Below are positions 38,399 to 46,364 of a stretch of DNA of 46,364 nt, piece after piece. The notes under the pieces are model-generated. The model did no database searches and was not told where the DNA came from. It saw only the letters and a program-made list of their open reading frames with translations. Each line of letters opens with the position of its first letter. Position 1 is the first letter of the stretch. Source of the DNA: Spizellomyces punctatus DAOM BR117 (taxonomy: Eukaryota). The translations under genes were made by a program, and so were the position numbers. Where the stretch lies: the NCBI GenBank assembly GCA_000182565.2, contig KQ257450.1; one strand, given 5' to 3'.

Positions 38399-38825
38399 CT
38401 CGGCAACTCAGCAACTGCAACTATTTCCCGCTGGAATGGGGGCTGACGGAGTCCCACCGGACAGAAAAAAAAAACAATCTTGCGCCATCCAAGACAACCC
38501 CCAGCCAAACCCGCGCCAAAAAAACGGAAAGCAACAGAATACGGGCCTGGGTGCCGATCGTCCATTTTGCTTTTTATATGTGGGGAGCCCGCCTGCGTTC
38601 ATATTTTGCAAGCGCGGCAATGTAAGCGGCGCTGCGATTGGGTAGATGCCTCGTGGTTGCGAATCAAAATAGAATGCTTAGGTAGTTGTAGTTATAAATT
38701 TTGGTCATTATATTTTAGAGTTTAACCTCAAGCTCATCAAGGCGCGACAGAGTTTTGCAGTGACAGGCGGGAACGATTTCTAGTACGGACCTTTGGCCTA
38801 GACTTGAGCTTGTCCGCGCGCGTAA

Positions 38826-39125
38826 AAAAAACTGCTTACTGTTTCCCGATGGATCAAGGTTTCTGGCTTCGGATCCGCTCTCGCCTCCTCCTCTCAGCCA
38901 GGATGAAGGCTGAAGTCAACCAATTTCTCTCGGTCCTCAAACGCTCTCGCCTCATCTGGTTAGCTGCACTCAACAAAAACTGCCTACTTTTTCCAGATGG
39001 ATCAAGGTTTCTGGCTTCCGACCGGGTCTCGCCTCCTCCTCTGCTCAGCAAGGATGAAGGCTGAAGTCAACCAATTTCCCTCGGTCCTCAACCGCTCTCG
39101 CCTCATCTGGTTAGCTGCACTCAAC
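38826..39125. repeat. Tandem direct duplication of ~150 bp in the divergent ABCG/transaminase intergenic region
   Basis: Copies 38826-38974 and 38975-39125 share gatggatcaaggtttctggcttc...aggatgaaggctgaagtcaaccaattt...cgctctcgcctcatctggttagctgcactcaac. Confidence 0.92.
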
Positions 39126-39405
39126 CCACCATTTTTTGAAATCACAGTCAAGGCAAACTCCGAAACGTCGCGCGATGCAAGTTCTCTGTTGCTCAGCGTC
39201 GCTCAGTGTCGCTCTCAAAGCCGTCCAATTTTTTTTCTTCTATAACACGTTGGGCGAGAACGGGCCGACAGTGGGATTTATTCTCAGCCTCCCGCCATTA
39301 GGGCTCCATCGCCAACGTGCAACTTCTCTCCATCAAGTTTCGTGGTTAAGCGGAAGTTGTTGGGAGAATAAAGAGGCCGATCTGGGGCATCGCCATCCTG
39401 GACCC

Positions 39406-39413
39406 TATAAAAA
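39406..39413 (+). promoter_or_regulatory. TATA box candidate for the transaminase-reductase gene
   Basis: TATAAAAA about 110 bp upstream of ATG 39515. Confidence 0.5.
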
Positions 39414-39514
39414 ATCCCGCCTAGGACACGCCCCTTGAGACGCAACCACCATAGCAGCCATCAAGCACGACCTAAAGAGAAGAAGAAACTAATACCGTTC
39501 CAATTCCATAACCA

Positions 39515-42500
39515 ATGACCGCCAACAACCTACCCCCTCCCACCAACGTGGTCCGTGACGTCCGTGCGGACTTCATGTCTCTCCTGAACCTCGACGTGCA
39601 TTATCATCGAGGAGAAGGTGACGTTCTCTACCACCGCCCCCATCTTCCGGCTGTCCATAGAATTGGGAAAAAGTCGGCTGAAGAAGAAGAAGAGGCACAT
39701 GATGAGAAGCAAGAGGAAGAGATTGCGGTTCTGGATGCTCTTGGCGGGTATGGGTCCACGATCCTCGGCCATAACCATTCCGCGCCCAAACAAGAGTTGT
39801 TAAAATGTCTGACTGAGAACGCGGTGATGCATGCACAGTTTTCGAGGTATGTGTCAAGGGCGGCTCACGTTTCCCCATTGGTTTGCGGTAGTTTGACATG
39901 TTTCGCGTAGACGTAATGCCGCTGAAGAGCTCGGCGAACACCTGAACGACTTTGTTCAGGAAGCTTGGCGGACAAGGGATGACGATGATATTTCGCCCAA
40001 TTCCAGTCGGAACCGGTCTGAGAGTGAGGGTAGTACAATGGTGGCGACCGAGGTAGGTTCTAGGCCCGTTTTGCAAAGGCTTTCCACTGTTTCCTGGACA
40101 CTGGCAGTTGACACAATGGCTATGCGAACAGGTTCCAGCCTACAAAGCCATCCTTGTAAATACTGGCACGGAAGCCGTCGAAGCCGCCATCAAACACGCC
40201 CTACTAGACTGGCATCGAAGAGCCGACGAGGCATTGATCCGTTTAGGAGGGCCAACCCTCCATCCTTACGCTGCAGACGCTCTCGCAAACCTCCAGCCAG
40301 TCGTGATCGCCGTTGAAGGAAGCTTCCACGGCAAAACGGCGGGAAGTCTGGGACTCACTTTCAAATCCCAATTCCGTGCCATGTACGCCTCGACTTTCGA
40401 CCACCTACTCCGTGACGGCGGCGACATGAAAGCACCATCTCCTGCCTTTGAAGTCGTCCATCTGAAACGCAATGCCAGCGTGCAAGAAATTTCGGATATT
40501 TTCAACCGATATGCGATTGATATTCCCGGCAAACCACCCGGCACTCGACTTCCACCCGTGTATGCTAACGACAACCATCCCGTGCTGAAGCGCTTTTCCC
40601 GGGTTGTAGCGTTCATCTACGAGCCTGTACAAGGTGAAGCAGGTATTCATCCGCTCAGCCGCGAGCTGCTGTCTGCTGTTCACGCCTGCTGTGTCCGCGA
40701 CGGGCATGTCCCAATCGTTGCAGACGAGATTCAAAGTGGCCTGTATCGTACGGGCGCCCCATTGGCTTGCACCGCAGTGATGCCTCGAGAGCGGGAGTTT
40801 CCACCCGAATACATCTTGCTTGGCAAGTCTCTCGGAGGCGGGTTGGCCAAAGTTGCTGCTTGTATGGTCCGCAGCGATCGCTGGCAACAGGATTTCACCA
40901 TTGTCCACACCTCCACTTTTGCCGAGGACGATTTGTCGAGTCGTGTTTCTCTGGCGGCGATCAAAGCACTGCAACAAGAGGCATCCGACGGCAAACTTGC
41001 AAAACGTTCTAAAGAGTTTGAGACGCGGTTGAAGCAATTGGGTAGTGCTCTCAAAGCAAAGTATCCTCACATCGTGACGGACGTGCGTGGGAAAGGATTC
41101 TTTATGGGTGTCGAGCTGGGCGGCTTACTGTTTGAAAAGTCGCTTCCGAATGCTTTGGAGGTATTCGCCACTTATGATGCCGTCGGCTACCTTCTCGCCA
41201 GTTTCCTCCTACACCGGCACCACGTACGAGTCGGCGCGGCGTTGGGTGCTACTGGTGTGTTGAGAATTGAGCCAAGCTGCTTTGCCCAACCCGACTATGC
41301 TGATAAAATTATGAGCGGGATCGACCATGCATGTCATTTGATCGATAAGGTACCGTATACATACATATTCTGTGGTATTCTTTTCTCTGCCCAAATGCGC
41401 ATACTAAATGACGAATCGGAAACATCCGCTTTCTTTTGTTTTTCTTTTTCTTGTGCAGGGTTACATTGTGGACTTGACCGCCCATATGTGGACCCACTCT
41501 GGCTGTCTTCTAGGTGACAAAACGGTTTCTCTTCCCAATACCAACCGCAATCTCGCTTCCCGGCGTCAATACAAACACCTTCCGGTAACCTCCTTCCTCT
41601 CGCATGCCCTCGGACCAGACTCGCTGGTGAAAGCCGACCCACTCTTTGCACGCTTGTCTCGGACTGATGTGGAACGATTCTTGCGGATATCGGCATACTT
41701 TCCTGCGGAGAAATTTATGTCGATCCACGAAATGGTTGTGGAAGGCAATCAGGGGCAAGCGACTATTTTGAGGATTGTGTATTTGCCAGGGAGCGCAGCG
41801 TACTTTGAGCATTGCCTGAGGACTGGGAACGTGGATGCAGCGCAGCGTGTACGTGGAGCGTTCCTGCAAGAAGCGATAAGAGGGTCCAAAGTCGTCGGAC
41901 TGGGGGCATTCACGAGCATAGTGACATTGAACGGCACACTCCTTCCCCAAGTCCCGGGCTGCCCGGCCACAACGGGCAACTCGCTGACGACCGCCTCTGC
42001 CATCGAAGCTCTCTCGGCGCACCTGCACAGCCATAAAATGAACCCGAGTAAGCTCAAAGTCGCGGTCGTGGGCGCAGCCGGCAACATTGGATCGGTGTTG
42101 GCAGCAACGATTGCGCCCCATTTTGAGTCTGTGACGCTGGTTCACCGACAGGGAGTGGAGGAGGCACCCAAATTCCGAGCGGTGGCCGAGGAGATTGCAA
42201 AACTGCGCGGAGGGCGACGGACGACGACGACGAAACCTCTCGCGCACGGTTTGAACAAGGGCCCGAGCTTCCAACAGAACCTGAGTTTATCCTTTTACCG
42301 GGTGCTGGCAAAGTTTCACAAGTCCACGCGGCATCTGCCGGAACCACTGGGATCCAACGGGCTCTTGTCCTTTGTCAAATATAAGCAAAGCAACACGAAG
42401 AACAAGAAGCAAAACACCAGCAGCAGCAAGATCCATGCCCGACTTGCTCAAAAGGGCATTCTTGCGACGCAGGACATGAGTGCGGTACGAGACGCAGACG

Positions 42501-42970
42501 TGATTTTGGCAGCGGCGAACGTTGCACACGGACACGTCCTTACGTCGGAGCACCTAAAGCGGGGAGCGGTAGTACTTGATCTATCAGCGCCAACGGTAGT
42601 GGATCCGAGCGTGTTTGTGCAGCGACCCGATGTAGTGTGCATTGTGGGAGGGTTTTGCAGCATGCCCAAGCAGCAGCAGTTTTACTTTCCTGCTGGGTTG
42701 GCGCCCGAGGGGTTGATGTATGCGTGTTTGGCGGAGACGCTGTCGAGCGGGTTGGCAGGAAGCAAGGTTGCACTGGCGCTTGGCTCTCTGACGGAAGCCG
42801 ACGTGCGCAAGGCAGCGCAGATGGCGCACCGTGTTGGGGTGACACCTGCCCGCGGCAAGATTGGAGGAAAGGACCATGGAATGTCCGAGTTGGGGCGAGA
42901 CGGGAAGGGAGTGGACGTGGTGCATGTCGTCAAAAAGACTGAACGTCTGAACATGGTAGAAACCCGATAG
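39515..42970 (+). CDS. Class III (omega) aminotransferase fused to an acyl-ACP-reductase-like thioester reductase (TamH-like); 4 exons
   Basis: Exons 39515-39846, 39911-40052, 40132-41349 and 41459-42970 splice in frame. N-domain: LDALGGYGSTILGHNH, NTGTEAVEAAIK, SFHGKT, EPVQGEAG, ADEIQSGLYRTG, LGKSLGGG (PLP Lys), HTSTF. C-domain: GLGAFTSIV, TTGNSLT, VVGAAGNIG, YACLAET. Confidence 0.9.
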
Positions 42971-43357
42971 ATTCAGTAATATATATAATATTCAGATTCC
43001 AGTTTGTCCTGAAGGAATTTCCATCTTACCTTTCAGATGACGGGGGCGGCGACCACAACTTTAGCTTCTTTGCGCCAACTGTTCACACTTGAACTGTGCT
43101 ACCGTGATTATGTAACAAATGTAATTTACAATTTCTCCGCTCGGTCTGCCCGCATCCGGAGCCTGTCCGTTTCGCGGGCAGTTAGCCTTTTTGAGTTCTG
43201 GATTCCGCCCCCGGAGGGTGCCCGGAGGGGGGGAAACTACTAGTCCGTTTTGGCTGAGCATGGAGGAGGATCTAATAAAAGGGGAAAAGGGAACCCTCGG
43301 TCTCTCTCGCTTTCTGTCTCTTTCTCGCTCTGTCTCCATCATCCAGCGTGTCGCAAA

Positions 43358-45069
43358 ATGTCCAACGAGAACTCGACCACCAGCAAAGAGCATCATGTGT
43401 ACAATGTCATTGTTGTCGGTGCGGGCATCGCCGGTCTCACGGCGGCTAGAAAGTGCATACAGGCCGGTACGTTGTAGTAGGGCGCCACACACACACGCAC
43501 ACACCTCATTTGTCCCCTCCATATCCATATCACCGGTGAACAGGCCTAAAGGTCTTGGTCCTCGAAGCTCGCGACAGAGTCGGTGGCCGCACGCTCTCCA
43601 AACCTATCAATGACACTACTACTCCGCCTTACAGCATCGACCTCGGAGGAATGTGGATCAACCCAGAAACACAACCGCTCATCACGGCCATCGTCTCTGA
43701 ATTCAACCTCACCCCGTTTCCTCAACACCACTCAGGAAAAACCCTCATCGAACTCAAATCCGGCAACGTTGCCTCGTACGAGGGAGACATCCCTTCCATA
43801 TCCATCCCTTCTTTGCTCGATGTTCAGTGGGCCATCTTGAAGCTGGAGAAAATGGCAACAAAAGTCCCGCTCGATGATCCGACCGCGTGTGTCGACAGCT
43901 ACGAGTGGGATGCCGTCACACTGGCAGAGTGGATGCGGAGAAACCTGTGGACCTCCCAGGCCCGCCAAATGTTCGACATGGCTACCCGTGCCGTGCTCGG
44001 TGTCGACCCGGAAAACATTTCCTTGTTGTGGTTCCTCTTTTACTGCCATTCCGGTAAAGGTCTCCGGTCACTGCTGGAAGTCCAAGGCGCCCAAAAGATG
44101 CGCATCACACAAGGCGCTCAGAGCATCTCCAATAACCTCGCCGCAGCGCTGCCAAAGGGGACCGTCCTCTTAGACTCCCCCGTGCATGCCATCGTCTCCT
44201 CCTCGTCTTCCACTCGTGTATTCACAAGATCCAGCTCCCAACCCTATCATGCCCAAACCGTCATCCTGGCCCTCCCACCTCCTCAACTCGCCTCATTGAC
44301 CTTCACTCCGCCCCTGCCCCCTTCCAAAACCCATTTTCTCCAGAAAGCCTCGACAATGGGCTGTTTTACCAAAATGATTTGTCGCTACGAGTCTGCATTC
44401 TGGCGCGATCTTGGTCTCAGCGGAGAAATGGTATCTCATGTTGGCCCCGTCTCCCTCGTATTTGATTCCTCCAACGATGACGGAAGCGTGCCGTGCATGA
44501 CTGCTTTTGTCACGTCTGCCCAGGGTCGTGTGTGGGCTGACGGAGACGAGGATAGCAGGAGACAACAGGTGTTGCAGCATTTATATAGACTAGTGGGAGA
44601 TGAGCGAGTGCTGAAGCCCGTCGAGGTTGTTGAAATGGACTGGGGAAAGGAGCTTTATAGTGGCGGGTGTCCGGTGGCATCCTTGACGACCGGCGTGCTG
44701 ACAAGCCACGGGACTGAATCCCGTCGTCCGGTGGGCAACATTCATTTTGCGGGTACAGAAACCGCAACCGAGTGGTGCGGCTACATGGACGGTGCAGGTA
44801 TTTTTAAAGATGATCGTTGTACCTATTGACCCTACGTGTCCATGTCGCTAACGTTGCTTGAAACAGTACAATCGGGCCACCGAGCCGCAGACGAGGTGAT
44901 CGCGAAACTCCAAGGAAAGGTCTTTGCGCTGGTGTCTCCTAGGAAGGTCGGGAAACGATATGATGCAGAAACCAGCGGCTGGTGGATGATCGGTGCGGTT
45001 CTTGGTGCTGTTGCTGGGAGTTGGATCATGTTCTTCCAGAATGGAAACCGCGGGCTGTTTCAAGCTTGA
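43358..45069 (+). CDS. Flavin-containing monoamine oxidase (MAO-like) with C-terminal transmembrane anchor; 3 exons
   Basis: VIVVGAGIAGLTAA...LEARDRVGGRT, DLGGMWI, SGGCP, IHFAGTETATEWCGYMDGA, and a hydrophobic tail WWMIGAVLGAVAGSWIMFF. Confidence 0.92.
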
Positions 45070-45102
45070 TGGGTGTGATTTACTGTTGCAGTAGGAGATT
45101 CT

Positions 45103-45540
45103 GGGTTAGGGTTAGGGTTTACAAAGGTGTTCCCATGTGGGTAAAAATTTTCAAGTATTCAGAATTGAAAGTGACCTTAATAAGAGTTGTTGGCCACGGT
45201 CTAAAACACACATATCTGCAAAAAAATTAGAAAGTGTTCAGGTAAAGTGTGAGAAAAGGGTTAGGGTTATGAGGTGGTCTGAAATAGTGGGTTTGACAAA
45301 AAATGGTCAGATCCTCAAGGTCTCCTAATTAATATTGTTTCATATACTCATAAGAACAAAGGATTTTAAAATCACCAGGTCCTTTTCTGTTTTGCTCACA
45401 AAAAGTAAAAAAAAAAAAAAAAGTCCAAAAAATCCATATATATTCTTAAGAGTTATCTTACCAGAGCAGGAATATTACTGATGTAAATGTACCAGCCTAT
45501 TCTGCATATATGGGTTAGGGTTAGGGTTAGGGGTTAAGGG
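45103..45540 (+). repeat. Interstitial telomere-like TTAGGG tracts in an AT-rich segment
   Basis: gggttagggttaggg at ~45103, gggttaggg at ~45258, gggttagggttagggttaggggttaaggg at ~45512. Confidence 0.75.
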
Positions 45541-45765
45541 ATGTATTGGATAGTGCAATACAAACTACTGTCATTACACCAGTCTGAAAAGACACCCATC
45601 TGGTGGGGGAAGTTGTAAGGTAGACTTGTCCTTTGGTATTCGCACGCAATTGCGAACTTAGATTTTCGCGACGCGTCTCGTCGTCATATCACCATATATA
45701 GCTATAGTCATCATGTAGCCATGTATGGCCAAAGTATGGCGCAGCGCGTAACAGTAGTTCGATTA

Positions 45766-46364
45766 TGTAAGCCCCGCCGCGCCGACGACCTGTCAAAGTC
45801 GTTCGGTTCCATGGCGGCCCCGTAGTTAGAGGACTAATTGTCCCTTTATTGCATAGCGCCAATCACTTCCGATTGGTGCAAGAGGGACCACACTGGCAGA
45901 GGCTGGAAATCTCATGCCAATGCCCCGCCAAAGGAGGGAGCAAGCATAAAAAAGTGCTGCTCCAAAGTCCCTCAAGAGGGAGGAGAAGAACTAGCCTAGT
46001 TAGCAACTCAAGGAACTATCAATAGTTCCCTTTCTCTTGTATTAACAACAAAGTCTTTATACAGCCCTCTCACAGGGCCCAATGATTTGCAAAAAATCAT
46101 CAACTAGAGCAATCTGGTCAATTGATGTTACATGGTAGCACCACCTGAGACTACCACACACACTATGGAATCAGAAGACAGTCGACCCTCTACTGTCTTC
46201 AACCCATTTGCCTCTGATAGAAACTCAGAAGTCTCTACCTTCAGCTCAGAGCCCCATGAATGATCCAAAATGTCCAAAGATGATCACCTGTTCATCACTG
46301 CCAAGGAAGAGGGAGAGGACCCAGTCTTCCAATTCGAGGCTGCACCTGGGAACAACCAGCACCG
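45766..46364 (+). mobile_element. 5' end of an LTR retrotransposon: LTR 45766-46132, primer-binding site 46133-46144, decayed gag-like start from 46165
   Basis: TGTAA...TTACA inverted termini 367 bp apart, followed immediately by TGGTAGCACCAC (initiator-Met-tRNA-type PBS). The ORF from ATG 46165 has an in-frame TGA at 46261 and then stays open to the window end. Confidence 0.75.

Noticed and set aside
42200-42450. Low-complexity insert in the reductase domain suspected of being an intron or frameshift
   Set aside because: The frame stays open and rejoins conserved motifs; no convincing splice pair was found, so it is treated as an insertion pending RNA data.
40266-42954. Long minus-strand ORFs (up to 254 aa) over the transaminase-reductase gene
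   Set aside because: Shadow ORFs of a GC-rich coding strand with no motifs.
45512-45540. True chromosome end
   Set aside because: The array is only a few units long and unique sequence continues beyond it.

Overview
Eukaryotic, intron-rich genomic DNA with short GT-AG introns (mostly ~50-110 nt). The gene content suggests an early-diverging fungus, possibly a chytrid; this is inference. The left 17.6 kb is a compact housekeeping block: IML1/DEPDC5 (partial), a UBAP1-like ESCRT-I protein, SRP68, THOC1/HPR1, a non-canonical PARG, a UBXN1-like protein and COG3. The right ~29 kb is accessory: a tiny Myb/SANT-like gene, ~7 kb of decayed coding or transposon debris, a ferric reductase, an N-acylation-motif guanylate-binding protein (GBP) with tandemly duplicated exon-intron units, an orphan ORF, a three-gene cluster, interstitial TTAGGG tracts, and the 5' LTR/PBS/gag start of a decayed LTR retrotransposon. 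The three-gene cluster is the best candidate for an undescribed system. It comprises an ABCG transporter, an intron-containing omega-transaminase/acyl-thioester-reductase fusion with the architecture of bacterial TamH, and a flavin monoamine oxidase, and could be a eukaryotic fatty-amine make/export/degrade module. All family calls are from motif recognition by eye; no searches were run, and exon boundaries are manual.
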